Positions 39,000-51,619 of a stretch of DNA of 64,000 nt are shown piece by piece. Positions within the stretch are counted from its first letter, which is position 1. Every line of letters starts with the position of its first letter. The position numbers and the translations under genes are program-made. The stretch is from contig CAWGTN010000001.1 in the NCBI GenBank assembly GCA_963825525.1, positions 128,001 to 192,000 of the forward strand. Reading direction: 5' to 3'. Origin of the DNA: an uncultured Chloroflexia bacterium (GTDB taxonomy: Bacteria; Chloroflexota; Limnocylindria; QHBO01). A model generated the notes under the pieces. That model was not told where the DNA came from, made no database searches, and saw nothing but the letters and a program-made list of their open reading frames with translations.

Positions 39000-41105
39000 A
39001 TGACAACGCAGACCGCAGGGCGGTCACCGTCTGTCGGCGTGGCGTCGTTGCAGCGCACGCGCAACATCGGGATCATTGCCCACATCGATGCCGGCAAGAC
39101 CACCGTCACCGAGCGGATCCTCTTCTACACCAAGAAGATCTACAAGCTCGGCGAGGTCCATGAGGGCGCGGCCACCATGGACTGGATGGAGCAGGAGCAG
39201 GAGCGGGGGATCACCATCACCGCTGCCGCCACCACCTGCTTCTGGGATGACCACCGAATCAACCTGATCGACACGCCCGGCCACGTGGACTTTACCGTCG
39301 AGGTCGAGCGCAGCCTCCGCGTGCTCGACGGCGCCGTGGTCGTCTTCGATGGCGTTGCCGGCGTCGAGCCGCAGTCCGAGACGGTCTGGCGGCAGGCGGA
39401 CAAGTACCACGTGCCGCGCTTCTGCTTCGTCAACAAGCTTGACCGCACGGGTGCCGATTTCTGGCGCGTGGTCGACATGATCAAGGATCGCCTGGGCGTC
39501 AACGCGGTGCCGCTTCAGATTCCGATCGGCGCCGAAGACAAGTTCCGTGGCGTGATCGACCTCATCAACATGAAGGCCATCACCTACGGCAACGACCTGG
39601 GTGACCAGATCGACGTCGGTGACATCCCGGACGAGTTCCAGGCCAAGGCCGATGAGTGGCGCGAGAAGATGATCGAGGCGCTCGCCGATCTCGATGACGA
39701 TATCGCCCACAAGTTCCTCGAAGGCGAGCAGATCGATAGCGATCAGCTCCGCGCCGCGCTCCGCAAGGGGACGCTGGCCTACAAGATCGTGCCGGTCCTC
39801 ACCGGGTCGGCGCTCAAGAACAAGGGCGTCCAGCCGATGCTCGACGCGGTCATCGACTACCTGCCGAGCCCGCTCGATGTGCCGCCGGTTCACGGCACGG
39901 ATCCCAAGGCGATGACCGAGGTCGTGCGTCAGACCGACCCGGAAGAGCCGTTCTCGGCCCTGGCGTTCAAGATCGCGGCGGACCCGTTCGTCGGCAAGCT
40001 CGCCTTCTTCCGGGTCTACTCGGGCACGCTCAAGACCGGGTCCTACATCTACAACAGCACCAAGGGCCAGAAGGAGCGGGTCGGGCGCATCCTCCAGATG
40101 CACGCCAACCACCGCGAGGAGATCGAGTCGGTCAGCGCCGGCGACATCGCCGCGGCCGTCGGGCTGAAGAACACGACCACCGGCGACACGCTGTCCGCGG
40201 AGGACAAGCCGATCGTCCTGGAGTCGATCACCTTCCCGGAGCCGGTCATCGAGCTCGCAGTCGAGCCCAAGACCAAGGCCGACCAGGACAAGATGGCGAT
40301 CGCCCTCCAGCGGCTCGCCGAGGAGGACCCGACCTTCCGCGTCCACACGGACGAGGAGTCGAGCCAGACCCGCATCGCGGGCATGGGCGAGCTTCACCTC
40401 GAAGTCCTGGTGGACCGCATGTTGCGCGAATTCAAGGTGCAGGCCAACGTCGGCCGGCCGCAGGTCAGCTACCGCGAGGCGATCCGCAAGGGCGTCAAGG
40501 CCGAGGGCCGCTTCGTGCGCCAGACCGGCGGCAAGGGCCAGTACGGCCACGCCGTCCTGACGCTCGAGCCGCTCGAGCGCGGCGCCGGCTTCGAGTGGGA
40601 GTCCAAGATCGTGGGCGGCTCCGTGCCGCGCGAGTTCTGGCGCGCCATCGAGGCGGGGGTCACCGAAGCACTGGCCGGTGGCGTGGTCGCCGGCTTCCCG
40701 GTCATCGACGTCAAGGTGACCCTCATCGACGGCTCGTACCACGAGGTCGACTCGTCGGAGATGGCGATGAAGATCGCCGGCAGCATGGCGGCCAAGGACG
40801 GGGTGGCGAAGGCCGATCCCGCGATCCTCGAGCCGATCATGAAGGTCGAGGTCACGGCGCCCGAGGATTACATGGGCGACGTCATCGGCAACCTCAACAG
40901 CAAGCGCGGCCAGATCGACGGGATCGACGAGCGCGGCACGAGCCGCATGATCCAGTCACACGTCCCCCTGGCCGAGATGTTCGGCTACGCCACCGAGCTG
41001 CGGAGCATGACCCAGGGTCGTGCCACCTACTCGATGGAGTTCAGCCGCTATGCAGAAGTCCCTGGCAACCTCGCCAACGAGCTGATCGCAAAGTCGAAGA
41101 GCTAA
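39000..41105 (+). CDS. fusA: elongation factor G
   Basis: [30 protein letters not shown]. Confidence 0.99.
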   Translation: MTTQTAGRSPSVGVASLQRTRNIGIIAHIDAGKTTVTERILFYTKKIYKLGEVHEGAATMDWMEQEQERGITITAAATTCFWDDHRINLIDTPGHVDFTVEVERSLRVLDGAVVVFDGVAGVEPQSETVWRQADKYHVPRFCFVNKLDRTGADFWRVVDMIKDRLGVNAVPLQIPIGAEDKFRGVIDLINMKAITYGNDLGDQIDVGDIPDEFQAKADEWREKMIEALADLDDDIAHKFLEGEQIDSDQLRAALRKGTLAYKIVPVLTGSALKNKGVQPMLDAVIDYLPSPLDVPPVHGTDPKAMTEVVRQTDPEEPFSALAFKIAADPFVGKLAFFRVYSGTLKTGSYIYNSTKGQKERVGRILQMHANHREEIESVSAGDIAAAVGLKNTTTGDTLSAEDKPIVLESITFPEPVIELAVEPKTKADQDKMAIALQRLAEEDPTFRVHTDEESSQTRIAGMGELHLEVLVDRMLREFKVQANVGRPQVSYREAIRKGVKAEGRFVRQTGGKGQYGHAVLTLEPLERGAGFEWESKIVGGSVPREFWRAIEAGVTEALAGGVVAGFPVIDVKVTLIDGSYHEVDSSEMAMKIAGSMAAKDGVAKADPAILEPIMKVEVTAPEDYMGDVIGNLNSKRGQIDGIDERGTSRMIQSHVPLAEMFGYATELRSMTQGRATYSMEFSRYAEVPGNLANELIAKSKS

Positions 41106-41138
41106 GCACAAGCACTCAAGGAGCGACGAAGGACCAAC

Positions 41139-42342
41139 ATGGCCAAGCAGAAGTTCGACCGCAGCAAGCCGCACGTCAATGTCGGCACGATCGGGCACGT
41201 CGACCACGGCAAGACGACGCTGACCGCAGCGATCACGAAGTTCCTGTCGCTGTCCGGCGGCGCTGACTTCCGCGCCTTCGACCAGATCGACAACGCTCCC
41301 GAGGAGCGGCAGCGCGGCATCACGATCGCCATCAGCCACGTCGAGTACCAGACGGCCAACCGTCACTACGCTCACGTTGACTGCCCCGGTCACGCCGACT
41401 ACATCAAGAACATGATCACCGGCGCCGCCCAGATGGACGGCGCGATCCTGGTCGTGTCCGCCGCTGACGGTCCGATGCCGCAGACTCGCGAGCACATCCT
41501 CCTGGCTCGCCAGGTCGAGGTCCCGAGCCTGGTCGTGTACCTCAACAAGGTCGACATGGTCGACGACGAGATGCTCATCGACCTCGTCGAGATGGAGGTC
41601 CGCGAGCTCCTCAGCAAGTACGAGTTCCCCGGCGACGACGTCCCCGTCATCCGCGGCTCGGCGCTCAAGGCGCTCGAGTCCGGCAGCGACGACCCCGAGA
41701 GCGAGGACTACGCCTCGATCAAGGAGCTGATGGACGCGGTCGACAGCTACATCCCGACCCCGGCGCGCGAGACGGACAAGCCGTTCCTCATGCCGATCGA
41801 GGATGTCTTCGGCATCAAGGGCCGCGGAACCGTCGCCACCGGGCCGCATCGAGCGCGGCATCGTGAACACCGGCGAGACGATCGAGCTGGTCGGCATCCA
41901 TGCCAAGGTCCGCCCGCTGGTGGTCACCGGCGTCGAGATGTTCAAGAAGACCCTGGACGAGGGCCAGGCAGGCGACAACGTCGGCCTCCTCCTGCGCGGC
42001 ATCGAGCGCGATGAGCTCGAGCGCGGCCAGGTGCTCGCCAAGCCGGGCAGCGTGAAGCCCGGCACGAAGTTCAAGGCCGAGGTCTACGTCCTCTCCAAGG
42101 AAGAGGGTGGCCGCCACACGCCGTTCTATGCGGGCTACCGCCCGCAGTTCTACCTGCGCACGACCGATGTCACCGGCGCCATCGCGATGCCGGCTGGCGT
42201 CGAGATGATCATGCCCGGTGACAACGTCAACATCGACGTGGAGCTCATCACGCCGATCGCGATCGAGCAGGGTCAGCGCTTCGCGATTCGCGAGGGCGGG
42301 CACACGGTCGGTGCGGGCGTGATCACCGAGGTCATCGGCTAG
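41139..42342 (+). CDS. tuf: elongation factor Tu (+1 frameshift ~41842)
   Basis: [17 protein letters not shown]; the second frame continues [18 protein letters not shown]. Confidence 0.98.
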
Positions 42343-42347
42343 CCGTT

Positions 42348-42656
42348 ATGGCCAAGCAGCGCATCCGCATCCGACTCAAGGCGTACGACCACAAGCTGCT
42401 CGACCAGTCGGCCGAGCAGATCGTGGAGACCGCGCAGCGCACCGGGGCCGACATCGCCGGCCCGGTACCGCTGCCGACCCGCATCGAGAAGTACACCGTG
42501 ATTCGCGGCCCGTTCGTTCACAAGGACGGCCGTGAGCAGTTCGAGATTCGGACGCACAAGCGCCTGATCGACATCATCGACCCATCGACCAAGACGGTCG
42601 ATGCGCTGATGCGGCTGTCCCTGGCCGCCGGCGTCGATATCGAAATCAAGATGTGA
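42348..42656 (+). CDS. rpsJ: 30S ribosomal protein uS10
   Basis: [25 protein letters not shown]. Confidence 0.98.
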   Translation: MAKQRIRIRLKAYDHKLLDQSAEQIVETAQRTGADIAGPVPLPTRIEKYTVIRGPFVHKDGREQFEIRTHKRLIDIIDPSTKTVDALMRLSLAAGVDIEIKM

Positions 42657-42722
42657 AGCGCCCCGGGTGGGCATCGGCTCACCCGAGGAACTTCCGCCAT
42701 CAGTTGAGAGGGAATCACCATA

Positions 42723-43347
42723 GTGCCGGCAGGATTGATCGGTAGGAAGCTCGGAATGATGCGAATCTTCGAGGACGACGGCAGCGTCGTCCCGGTGAGC
42801 GTCATCGAGGCGACCCCGAACACGGTCACGCGACTACGTGACGTCGAGAAGGACGGCTATGCGGCCGTGCAGCTCGGCGCCGGTGTCGCGCGCCGCTCGA
42901 CGAAGCCGGTCGCCGGCCAGTTCAAGCATCTCGACAAGGATCATCAGCGCCCGAAGCACGTGCGCGAGCTGCGCCTTGATGCCACGGATGGCTACGAGGT
43001 CGGCCAGCAGGTCGGCGTCGATCTGTTCGAGGCCGGCGAGCTGGTGGACGTCACCGGCGTCAGCAAGGGCACATGGCTTCACCGGCGTGATCGCACGCCA
43101 CAACTTCAAGCGTGGCCCGAAGACGCACGGATCGGACCACCACCGCGCTCCCGGATCCATCGGCGCCGGCACCTATCCGGGTCGCGTCTGGAAGGGAACC
43201 CGCATGGCCGGTCACATGGGCAACGAACGGGTGACCGTGAAGAAGCTCAAGGTCGTGAAGGTCGACGCCGAGCGCAACCTCATCCTGGTCAAGGGTGCGG
43301 TCCCGGGCGCACGCAACGGCCTGCTGCTCGTGCAGAAGGCGAAGTGA
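42723..43347 (+). CDS. rplC: 50S ribosomal protein uL3 (+1 frameshift ~43071)
   Basis: [14 protein letters not shown]; then THGS..RAPGSIG..MAGHMG in the shifted frame. Confidence 0.96.
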
Positions 43348-43349
43348 CG

Positions 43350-43976
43350 ATGCCTCAGACGACGATCCTCAAGGCCGATGGCAAGGACGCCGGCAAGGTC
43401 GACCTCGCCGAGACGCTGTTCGGCGCCCCGATCAGCGAGGCGCTCATCCACCAGGCAGTGATTCGGCAGCTCGCCGGCCGACGTCTCGGGACGTCGAATA
43501 CGCTGACTCGCGGCAAGGTCAACGGCGGTGGCAAGAAGCCGTGGCGCCAGAAGGGCACCGGTCGCGCTCGCCAGGGCACGAAGACGGCACCGCACTGGGC
43601 CGGCGGCGGCGTGGTCTTCGGGCCGCACCCGCGCAGCTACGACGCAGAAGATGCCGTCGAAGATGCGCCGTGGCGCACTGCGCGGCGTGCTGACCGCCAA
43701 GCAGGCCGAAGGCGCGCTGCGGGTCGTCGAGGGCTTCGACCTCGACGAGTCGAAGACCAAGGCGATGCTGGGACGCCTCAGCGGCTGGAAGGCGGAGGGC
43801 AAGGTCCTCATCGTCCTCTCCGCCCGAGATCCGGAGGTCGAGCGTCGCGGCGCGGAACCTGCGCGAGGTGCGCGTGATCCTGGCCGACAGCCTGAACGTG
43901 GTCGATCTCCTCGAGGCCGATACGGTCGTCTTCACGCGCGATGCGCTCGATCGCGCCGCAGGAGGTGTACGCATGA
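43350..43976 (+). CDS. rplD: 50S ribosomal protein uL4 (about three +1 frameshifts)
   Basis: KPWRQKGTGRARQG, GGGVVFGP; inferred end EVYA* overlapping the rplW ATG. Confidence 0.94.
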
Positions 43977-44269
43977 CCGCCAACAGCCTGCACGACGTGC
44001 TGCTTCGCCCCGTGATCAGCGAGAAGAGCACGCTCGAGACCGAGCGCAACAACTACACGTTCGCCGTCGCGCGCGACGCGAACAAGTTCCTCATCAAGGC
44101 AGCCGTCGAGGCGGAGTTCAAGGTGACCGTCCTCGGCGTGCGGGTCGTCAGCGTCCGTCCCAAGCAGAAGCGGCGCGGCCGCAAGACGATGGGCACGGTT
44201 CCGGGCTGGAAGAAGGCCATCGTGACGATCGCGCCGGGTGACAAGATCGAACTCTTCGAGGCCGTCTGA
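43973..44269 (+). CDS. rplW: 50S ribosomal protein uL23
   Basis: GGAGG RBS; RPVISEKS, WKKAIVT. Confidence 0.96.
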   Translation: MTANSLHDVLLRPVISEKSTLETERNNYTFAVARDANKFLIKAAVEAEFKVTVLGVRVVSVRPKQKRRGRKTMGTVPGWKKAIVTIAPGDKIELFEAV

Positions 44270-44271
44270 CG

Positions 44272-45108
44272 ATGCCACTTCGCAATTACCGACCGACGTC
44301 GCCGGGTCTTCGACAGATGACCCGATCGACGTTCGAGGAGATCACCGCCGACAGCCCGCACAAGCCGCTCACCGAGAAGCTGGTGCGGCGCGCCGGGCGC
44401 AACAGCCAGGGCAAGCTGACCGTTCGCCACCAGGGCAGCGGGCACAAGCGCCAGTATCGCGTCATCGACTGGAAGCGCGACAAGGTCGGCGTGCCCGCGC
44501 AAGATCGCGACGGTCGAGTACGACCCGAACCGATCGGCGCGCATCGGCCTGCTGCACTACGCCGACGGCGAGAAGCGCTACATGCTGCTGCCGCACGGCC
44601 TGAAGGTCGGCGACTCGCGTCGCCTCCGGCCCCGATGTCGAGGCGCGAACCGGGCAACGCTCTGCCGCTGAGCCGCATCCCGCTGGGCACCCAGATCCAC
44701 AACATCGAGCTGGTCGCCGGCCGTGGTGGCCAGATCGTGCGAAGCGCCGGCAGCAGCGCCCAGCTGCTCGCCAAGGAGGGGAACTTCGCGACCATTCGAC
44801 TGCCGTCGGACGAGGTGCGCCGCGTGCGCATCGAATGCATGGCGACCATCGGCCAGGTGAGCAACCTGGATCACGAGAACCAGAAGATCGGCAAGGCCGG
44901 TCGTTCGCGCCACATGGGCCGTCGGCCCGAGGTGCGCGGATCGGCCATGAACCCGCGCGACCATCCGCACGGCGGTGGCGAGGGCAAGCAGCCCACCGGC
45001 ATGCCGCCGAAGACCAAGTGGGGCAAGCCGGCCATGGGCCTGCGGACCCGCGTCAAGAAGAACAAGAGCAACAAGCTGATCGTTCGCCGTCGGTACGGAC
45101 GGGGTTAG
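44272..45108 (+). CDS. rplB: 50S ribosomal protein uL2 (three compensating +1 insertions ~44500-44646)
   Basis: [10 protein letters not shown] appears in a shifted frame; [17 protein letters not shown]. Confidence 0.97.
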   Translation: MPLRNYRPTSPGLRQMTRSTFEEITADSPHKPLTEKLVRRAGRNSQGKLTVRHQGSGHKRQYRVIDWKRDKVGVPAQDRDGRVRPEPIGAHRPAALRRRREALHAAAARPEGRRLASPPAPMSRREPGNALPLSRIPLGTQIHNIELVAGRGGQIVRSAGSSAQLLAKEGNFATIRLPSDEVRRVRIECMATIGQVSNLDHENQKIGKAGRSRHMGRRPEVRGSAMNPRDHPHGGGEGKQPTGMPPKTKWGKPAMGLRTRVKKNKSNKLIVRRRYGRG

Positions 45109-45118
45109 GAGCGTAGAG

Positions 45119-45403
45119 ATGAGTCGTTCCATCAAGAAGGGACCATTCGTCGACGCGCGCCTGCTCGGCCGCATCGACGACATGAACAAGCGCAGCGAGC
45201 GGAAGGTGCTGAAGACCTGGTCGCGCGCGAGCGTGATCTTCCCGCAGATGATCGGGCACACGATCGCCGTCCACGACGGACGCCGGCACGTGCCCGTCTT
45301 CGTCAGCGAGAACATGGTCGGGCATCGGCTCGGCGAGTTCGCTCCGACGCGCACCTACCGCGGCCACGGCAAGGCCACGGACCGATCGACGGCGTTGAAG
45401 TAG
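45119..45403 (+). CDS. rpsS: 30S ribosomal protein uS19
   Basis: [24 protein letters not shown]. Confidence 0.98.
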   Translation: MSRSIKKGPFVDARLLGRIDDMNKRSERKVLKTWSRASVIFPQMIGHTIAVHDGRRHVPVFVSENMVGHRLGEFAPTRTYRGHGKATDRSTALK

Positions 45404-45408
45404 GACCG

Positions 45409-45753
45409 ATGCGAGTGAGCGCGACGGCAAAGTACATCCGGATCAGCCCGCGCAAGGTGCGGCTGGTCACCGACCTCATCGCCGGCAAGCCGGTCGAGGA
45501 GGCTGCGGCCATCCTGCGCTTCCTGCCGAACGCGGCAGCGAAGGACGTGGCAAAGGTGCTGAAGAGCGCCACCGCCAACGCCGAGAACAACTACAACCTG
45601 TCGGCCGATGAGCTGCACGTGGTGAGCGCGGTCGGCCGACGAGGGCCCGACCCTGAAGCGCTGGACGCCCGCGGGCCCAGGGCCGCTACGTTCGGAATTC
45701 TGAAGCGAACCAGCCACATCACCGTCGCCGTGGCTGACCGAGAGGAGTCGTAG
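45409..45753 (+). CDS. rplV: 50S ribosomal protein uL22 (three compensating +1 insertions ~45634-45696)
   Basis: ISPRKVRLV, SATANAENN, DEGPTLKR in a shifted frame, KRTSHIT. Confidence 0.96.
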   Translation: MRVSATAKYIRISPRKVRLVTDLIAGKPVEEAAAILRFLPNAAAKDVAKVLKSATANAENNYNLSADELHVVSAVGRRGPDPEALDARGPRAATFGILKRTSHITVAVADREES

Positions 45754-46866
45754 ATGGGTCACAAGGTTCACCCCTACGGCTTCCGGATCGGCATCATCAA
45801 GCCCTGGCTGGCGAAGTGGTACGCGGACCGCGACTACGCGACCCTGCTCCAGGAGGACATGCGGATCCGGGAGCTGGTCGCGAAGCAGCTGTCGAACGCG
45901 AGCGTCAGCCAGGTCGAGATCGAGCGCGGCATCAACCACGTCACCGTCACGGTGCACACGGCCAAGCCGGGGATCGTGATCGGCAAGGGCGGCGCGAACG
46001 TCGAGGCGCTGCGCACGAACATCGGCAAGCTGACGAACAAGAAGGTCAAGCTCGAGATCAAGGAGATCCTCCAGCCCGAGCTCGACGGCATGCTGCTGGC
46101 CCAGAACGTGGCCGGGCAGCTGGAGCGGCGCATCGCGTTCCGCAAGGCGATCAAGCAGTCGATCCAGCGCACCATCAAGGCCGGCGCCAAGGGCGTGAAG
46201 ATCCAGGTCTCCGGTCGCCTCGGCGGCTCCGAGATGAGCCGCACCGAGTGGGACAAGGAGGGGCGCATTCCGCTCGGGACCCTGCGCGCCGACATCAGCT
46301 ACGGCGTCGTCCACGCCCACACGACCTACGGACGCATCGGCGTCAAGGCGTGGGTGTACCGCGGCGAGCAGCTCGGCGAGCGGCCGGGCAGTGCCAGGAC
46401 CGAACCTCGGGCACCGCGACGCGGCACGGCCGGAGCACGAACCCGACCGGCGGCCAGGACGAACGGCGGCGCGGGCCAGGCGGCCCCGGCACCGGCGTCC
46501 GAAGCCCCCGCACGCGCCGCAGTCGAGGTTGACGCACCGAAGCCCGTGGCGGAGCAGCCCCGGGTCGAGCAGCCGGCGGTGACCGAGGCGCCGAAGGCCG
46601 CTGCACCCAAGGCCGCTGCACCCAAGGTCGAGCAGCCGAAGGAGACCGAGGCGCCGAAGGCCGATGCACCGAAGCGGGCATCGCGGGCCAAGGCGGCCAC
46701 GACTCCGGCTGGCGGAGCCGATGCGCCGGCTGCGGATGACGCGCCGGCCGCGAGCAAGTCGTCAGCGGCGAAGCCGAAGGCAGCCAGCAAGCCGAAGGCC
46801 GCGAAGACTGCCAAGCCCAAGGTCGATGCCTCAGCCGGCGACGATTCGCCCGCGAAGGAGTCCTGA
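45754..46866 (+). CDS. rpsC: 30S ribosomal protein uS3 with ~165-aa Ala/Lys/Pro-rich tail
   Basis: [29 protein letters not shown]. Confidence 0.98.
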   Translation: MGHKVHPYGFRIGIIKPWLAKWYADRDYATLLQEDMRIRELVAKQLSNASVSQVEIERGINHVTVTVHTAKPGIVIGKGGANVEALRTNIGKLTNKKVKLEIKEILQPELDGMLLAQNVAGQLERRIAFRKAIKQSIQRTIKAGAKGVKIQVSGRLGGSEMSRTEWDKEGRIPLGTLRADISYGVVHAHTTYGRIGVKAWVYRGEQLGERPGSARTEPRAPRRGTAGARTRPAARTNGGAGQAAPAPASEAPARAAVEVDAPKPVAEQPRVEQPAVTEAPKAAAPKAAAPKVEQPKETEAPKADAPKRASRAKAATTPAGGADAPAADDAPAASKSSAAKPKAASKPKAAKTAKPKVDASAGDDSPAKES

Positions 46867-46869
46867 CCG

Positions 46870-47298
46870 ATGTTGATGCCCAAGCGGGTCAAGCACCGCA
46901 AGGTGCAGCGCGGTCGGCGTCGTGGCCTGGCCAAGGGCGGCACGCTCGTCAGCTTTGGCGAGTACGGCCTGATGGCGGAGGAGGTCTGCTGGCTGACCAG
47001 CCGTCAGATCGAGGCGGCGCGGCGAGCGATGACCCACCACATCAAGCGCGGCGGGCGCGTATGGATCCGGGTCTTCCCGGACAAGCCCGTCACGAAGAAG
47101 CCGGCGGAGGTCCGAATGGGCTCGGGCAAGGGCGCCCCCGACCACTGGGTCGCGGTGGTCAAGCCGGGCCGGGTGATGTTCGAGATGTCCGGCGTGCCGG
47201 AGCCGATCGCCCGCGAGGCCATGCGCCTTGCCAGCCACAAGCTGCCGATCAGCACGAAGTTCGTTCTCAAGGAAGGGCATGACCATGGACATCAGTGA
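46870..47298 (+). CDS. rplP: 50S ribosomal protein uL16
   Basis: [18 protein letters not shown]. Confidence 0.98.
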   Translation: MLMPKRVKHRKVQRGRRRGLAKGGTLVSFGEYGLMAEEVCWLTSRQIEAARRAMTHHIKRGGRVWIRVFPDKPVTKKPAEVRMGSGKGAPDHWVAVVKPGRVMFEMSGVPEPIAREAMRLASHKLPISTKFVLKEGHDHGHQ

Positions 47299-47509
47299 GG
47301 TTCGGGCCCTCTCCGAGAAGGACCTCGAGGGCGCACTGCGCGATGCGAAGCAGGAGCTGTGGAAGGTCCGCTTCGACCTCGCCACGCGACAGGAAAGCAA
47401 CTACAGCAGGCTGCCGGCGACCCGCAAGCGGATCGCTCGCATCCTGACCGTCATGACTGAGCGACAGCACGCCGCCGACGCGGCCGCTGCCGCAGAGAAG
47501 GCCAGCTGA
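47285..47509 (+). CDS. rpmC: 50S ribosomal protein uL29
   Basis: [16 protein letters not shown]; operon position. Confidence 0.93.
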   Translation: MDISEVRALSEKDLEGALRDAKQELWKVRFDLATRQESNYSRLPATRKRIARILTVMTERQHAADAAAAAEKAS

Positions 47510-47793
47510 TGCAGGGCAAACGAAAGACCAAGATCGGACGCGTCGTGTCCGACAAGATGGACAAGACCGTCGTCGTGAGCGTCGAACGACTGCGCAGGCA
47601 CCCGATCTACAAGCGGGTCGTGCGCCTCAGCAGCAAGTTCAAGGCACATGACGCGGAGAACTCGGCGCGAGTCGGCGACACCGTGCGCATCGAGGAGAGC
47701 CGTCCGCTCTCCGCCGAGAAGCGCTGGACGGTCGTCGAGGTCGTGGCGCGCGGCTCGCACGAAGAGCTGATCGACGGGACGGAGCAGGCATGA
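47509..47793 (+). CDS. rpsQ: 30S ribosomal protein uS17
   Basis: [23 protein letters not shown]. Confidence 0.98.
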   Translation: MQGKRKTKIGRVVSDKMDKTVVVSVERLRRHPIYKRVVRLSSKFKAHDAENSARVGDTVRIEESRPLSAEKRWTVVEVVARGSHEELIDGTEQA

Positions 47794-48158
47794 TCCAGAA
47801 GTACAGCAGGCTGCGCGTGGCCGACAATTCCGGCGCGCGAACGCTGATGTGCATCTCCGTCATCGGCCGCTCGACGAGCGACACCGCCGAGGTCGGCGAC
47901 GTCATCGTGGCCAGCGTCAAGCAGGCGCTGCCGAACGCTGCCGTGAAGAAGGGCGAGGTCGTGCGTGCCGTCGTGGTCCGCACCACCAAGGAGTACGGCC
48001 GCCCGGACGGCAGCCACATCCGCTTCGACGAGAACGCCGCCGTCCTCATCACGCCGCAGGGCAGCCCGCGCGGTACTCGCATCTTCGGGCCGGTTGCCCG
48101 CGAGCTGCGTGAGCGCAACTACATGAAGATCGTCTCGCTCGCCCCGGAGGTGCTCTAG
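47790..48158 (+). CDS. rplN: 50S ribosomal protein uL14
   Basis: [22 protein letters not shown]. Confidence 0.98.
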   Translation: MIQKYSRLRVADNSGARTLMCISVIGRSTSDTAEVGDVIVASVKQALPNAAVKKGEVVRAVVVRTTKEYGRPDGSHIRFDENAAVLITPQGSPRGTRIFGPVARELRERNYMKIVSLAPEVL

Positions 48159-48494
48159 ATGAACGTGCGAAGGGGTGACACCGTCATCGTCCTGGCCGGA
48201 AAGGACCGCGGCAAGCGCGGCACCGTCGACCGGGTCGAGAAGACGAAGCGAGGCTTCGGTGTCGTGATACCCGGAATCAACATGGCCAAGCGCCACCAGC
48301 GCGCGCGGTCGCGAACGCAGACGGCCGGCATCATCGACCTGCCGGTGCCGATTCACGTCAGCAACGTCCAGGTCGTGTGCCCGCGGTGTGATCGACCGAC
48401 GCGCGTCGGCCACACCAAGACCGAGGGCGAGCACGCCCAGCGGACGCGGGTCTGCAAGCAGTGCGGCGAGCAGATCGAGGTGACAAGCAAGTGA
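48159..48494 (+). CDS. rplX: 50S ribosomal protein uL24
   Basis: [21 protein letters not shown], two CxxC pairs. Confidence 0.97.
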   Translation: MNVRRGDTVIVLAGKDRGKRGTVDRVEKTKRGFGVVIPGINMAKRHQRARSRTQTAGIIDLPVPIHVSNVQVVCPRCDRPTRVGHTKTEGEHAQRTRVCKQCGEQIEVTSK

Positions 48495-49162
48495 GCCCCG
48501 ACGCGAAGAAGCCCACACGGAGTCGCGCCGCATCGGCGACCAAGGCCGCATCGGCGACCAAGGCCGCACCGGCGCAGGACAAGGCACCGAAGAAGAACGG
48601 CGCCTATCGGAAGCCCGAGTACTCGGGGCTGCGCCAGCGGTACCACGACGAGATCGTGCCCGCCATGCAGCGCGAGTTCAGCTACCCGAATCCGATGCAG
48701 ATCCCTCACGTCGAGAAGGTCGTCGTGAACATCGGCCTGGGAGAGGCGATCGCCAACGCCAAGGCATTGGACGCGGCGGTCGGTGACCTCACCACGATCA
48801 CCGGGCAGAAGCCGATCGTGACCCGCGCCAAGCGGTCGATCGCGCAGTTCCGGCTGCGCACCGGGATGCCGATCGGCGCCAAGGTGACGCTGCGCGGACA
48901 GCGGATGTACGACTTCCTGGAGCGGACGCTCAACCTTGCGCTTCCGCGAATCCGGGACTTCCGCGGCATCCCGACCCGCTCGTTCGACGGTCGCGGCAAC
49001 TTCAGCCTCGGCCTGCGCGAGCAGCTCGTCTACCCCGAAATCGACTACGACAAGATCGACCGGCTGCGCGGGCTCGAGATCAGCATCGTGACGACGGCAA
49101 AGACCGATGAGGAGGGGCTGAAGCTCCTCGAACTCCTCGGCATGCCGTTCCAGGCGAACTAG
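48491..49162 (+). CDS. rplE: 50S ribosomal protein uL5 with basic N-terminal extension
   Basis: [21 protein letters not shown]; 18-bp repeat GCCGCATCGGCGACCAAG x2 at 48527-48562. Confidence 0.97.
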   Translation: MSPDAKKPTRSRAASATKAASATKAAPAQDKAPKKNGAYRKPEYSGLRQRYHDEIVPAMQREFSYPNPMQIPHVEKVVVNIGLGEAIANAKALDAAVGDLTTITGQKPIVTRAKRSIAQFRLRTGMPIGAKVTLRGQRMYDFLERTLNLALPRIRDFRGIPTRSFDGRGNFSLGLREQLVYPEIDYDKIDRLRGLEISIVTTAKTDEEGLKLLELLGMPFQAN

Positions 49163-49173
49163 AGGAGCATCCT

Positions 49174-49359
49174 GTGGCCAAGAAGTCGAGCATCGCACGG
49201 TCGAAGCGCCCCGCGCGCTTCCCCGTCCGCGAGCACAACCGTTGCCAGGTCTGCGGCCGGCCGCGTGGCTATATGCGCCGATTCGCCATGTGCCGCATCT
49301 GCTTCCGGGAGCGAGCCCTGTTGGGCCAGCTGCCGGGCGTGACCAAGTCGAGCTGGTAA
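49174..49359 (+). CDS. rpsN: 30S ribosomal protein uS14 (type Z, zinc)
   Basis: [25 protein letters not shown], 61 aa. Confidence 0.97.
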   Translation: MAKKSSIARSKRPARFPVREHNRCQVCGRPRGYMRRFAMCRICFRERALLGQLPGVTKSSW

Positions 49360-49465
49360 CCGCTCACCACCCCGAGGCCCGCCACGTGGCGGCCACCATC
49401 AGCGGAAGGCGCCACCCACCGAGAGGCAGGGAGCGAACCACCGCCGAGGAGAACAACGCGAACCA

Positions 49466-49864
49466 ATGAATGTGACCGACCCGATCGCCGACATGCTGAC
49501 GCGAATACGAAACGCCAGCGCGGCACGGCACAAGGACCTGAGCATGCCCTCGTCCAGGGTGAAGCGCGAGATCGCGCGGATCCTGACCGAGGAGGGCTTC
49601 ATCGACACGTACGAGACGAGCACCGAGGGCATCCAGGAGATGCTCACCATGCGCCTCAAGTACGTGGAGGGCCGAACGCCGGTCGTCACCGGTCTCAAGC
49701 GCATCAGCAAGCCGGGGCTGCGCGTCTACGCGCGCAAGACCGAGATCCCGCGGGTTCTCGGCGGCCTTGGGCTTGCCATCCTTTCCACCTCCCACGGGAT
49801 CATGACGGGCACCGATGCCCGGAAGCAGAATCTCGGTGGCGAGGTCCTGGCCTACGTCTGGTAG
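49466..49864 (+). CDS. rpsH: 30S ribosomal protein uS8
   Basis: [23 protein letters not shown]. Confidence 0.98.
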   Translation: MNVTDPIADMLTRIRNASAARHKDLSMPSSRVKREIARILTEEGFIDTYETSTEGIQEMLTMRLKYVEGRTPVVTGLKRISKPGLRVYARKTEIPRVLGGLGLAILSTSHGIMTGTDARKQNLGGEVLAYVW

Positions 49865-49879
49865 AGGAGCGAACACCGC

Positions 49880-50425
49880 ATGTCCCGTATCGGACGAATG
49901 CCCATTCCGCTCCCATCGGGGGTGGAGATCACACAGGAAGGGCGCCGGCTGAGCGTCAAGGGCCCGCTGGGGCAGCTCGAACGCGAGCTGCACGCGGACA
50001 TGACCCTCGAGCGCGATGAAGGCATCCTGCGCGTCGTGCGCCCGACAGACGAGCCACGCCATCGGGCGTTGCACGGTCTGACGCGCACGCTCGTGAACAA
50101 CATGGTCACCGGCGTCACGACCGGCTTCACCAAGAACCTCGAGATCAGCGGCGTCGGGTACCGCGCCCAGCTCCAGGGTCAGAAGCTCGTGCTGGCGCTC
50201 GGGTACTCGCACCCCGTCGAGGTCGATCCGCCCGCCGGCATCGAGTTCCGTGTCGAGACGCCGACACGGCTCGGCGTCTTTGGCGCGGACAAGGAGCTCG
50301 TGGGCCAGATAGCCGCATACATCCGCTCGCAGCGAAAGCCGGAGCCGTACAAGGGCAAGGGCATTCGCTACGCCGGTGAGCAGATCCTCCGCAAGGCCGG
50401 CAAGGCCGGCAAGGTCGGGGGCTGA
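49880..50425 (+). CDS. rplF: 50S ribosomal protein uL6
   Basis: [22 protein letters not shown]. Confidence 0.98.
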   Translation: MSRIGRMPIPLPSGVEITQEGRRLSVKGPLGQLERELHADMTLERDEGILRVVRPTDEPRHRALHGLTRTLVNNMVTGVTTGFTKNLEISGVGYRAQLQGQKLVLALGYSHPVEVDPPAGIEFRVETPTRLGVFGADKELVGQIAAYIRSQRKPEPYKGKGIRYAGEQILRKAGKAGKVGG

Positions 50426-50433
50426 GGATAAGC

Positions 50434-50787
50434 ATGAAGAACACGAATCGCGGCGCGCTGCGCCGCAAGCGCCACGAGCGCATCCGACTGCGCATCAGCG
50501 GCAGCACGGAGCGTCCGCGCCTGTCGGTCTTCCGCAGCGCGAAATACATCTATGCCCAGGTGATCGACGACTCCACCGGGCGCACCCTGGCCGCTGCTTC
50601 GAGCCAAGAGGCCGATCTCGGCGCGTCGACTCCGGTCGACACGGCGCGCTCGGTCGGCAAGGCCGTCGCCGAGCGGGCGAAGGCAGCCGGGGTCAGCGCC
50701 GTCGTGCTGGACCGGGGCGGTTACCAGTACCACGGGCGGGTCCGCTCGCTCGCCGAGGGCGCCCGCGAGGGCGGCCTCAACCTGTAG
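50434..50787 (+). CDS. rplR: 50S ribosomal protein uL18
   Basis: [20 protein letters not shown]. Confidence 0.98.
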   Translation: MKNTNRGALRRKRHERIRLRISGSTERPRLSVFRSAKYIYAQVIDDSTGRTLAAASSQEADLGASTPVDTARSVGKAVAERAKAAGVSAVVLDRGGYQYHGRVRSLAEGAREGGLNL

Positions 50788-50802
50788 CGAGGAGATCTGC
50801 AT

Positions 50803-51393
50803 ATGGCACGCATCGATGCGTCCAAGCTCAACCTGGAGGAGAAGGTCGTCCAGATCAACCGCGTCGCGAAGGTCGTCCAGGGTGGCCGGCGCTTCAGCTT
50901 CAGTGCCGTGGTGGTCGTCGGTGACGGCAACGGCACCGTCGGCGCGGGGATCGGCAAGGCCGGCGAGGTTCCCGAGGCGATCCGCAAGGGCGTCGAGGAC
51001 GCCAAGAAGCACCTGATCAAGGTGCCGCTGGTCGGTTCGACGATCCCGCACGAGGTCCATCGTCACTTCGGCGCCTCGAAGGTCATGCTCAAGCCGGCCA
51101 GTGCCGGCACCGGTGTCATCGCCGGTGGATCGGTGCGCTCGGTCGTCGAGGCCGCGGGCATCCGGGACCTGCTGAGCAAGGCACAGGGATCGACCAATCC
51201 GATCAACGTCGTTCGCGCCACGATCGAGTGCCTGGCGGCGCTGCGTTCGGCCGATGTCATCGCCGCGCTGCGGGGACGGACCGCCGAGCAGCTCCTGGGC
51301 AAGCGCGGCGCCGAGCTGGCGCGCACGCCACACGAGATTCCGCCGCGGCGAGAGCCGATGAACAGCGGACCCGGAGGTGGACGTGGCCGCTAA
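50803..51393 (+). CDS. rpsE: 30S ribosomal protein uS5
   Basis: [22 protein letters not shown]. Confidence 0.98.
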   Translation: MARIDASKLNLEEKVVQINRVAKVVQGGRRFSFSAVVVVGDGNGTVGAGIGKAGEVPEAIRKGVEDAKKHLIKVPLVGSTIPHEVHRHFGASKVMLKPASAGTGVIAGGSVRSVVEAAGIRDLLSKAQGSTNPINVVRATIECLAALRSADVIAALRGRTAEQLLGKRGAELARTPHEIPPRREPMNSGPGGGRGR

Positions 51394-51619
51394 GCGCAGC
51401 GACAAGAAGACCGGCCCGATGCTGACCGTGACGTGGACGAAATCCACCATCGGACATCGCGCGGCCGCGCGCGGAACGATCAGCGCGCTGGGACTCCATC
51501 GCCTGAATCAGTCCGTACAGGTCGCCGACACCCCGGTCATGCGGGGCATGCTCCGGCGCGTCGCCTTTCTGATCGAAGTCGAGGAGCCGGCGGCCACGAC
51601 ACAGGAGGAAACCAAGTGA
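51383..51619 (+). CDS. rpmD: 50S ribosomal protein uL30
   Basis: GGAGG RBS; [16 protein letters not shown]. Confidence 0.93.
   Translation: MAAKRSDKKTGPMLTVTWTKSTIGHRAAARGTISALGLHRLNQSVQVADTPVMRGMLRRVAFLIEVEEPAATTQEETK

Noticed and set aside
43868-44269. Apparent uL4-uL23 fusion ORF
   Set aside because: Removing one C near 43956 restores the uL4 end EVYA* and the normal ATGA overlap; rplW has its own RBS.
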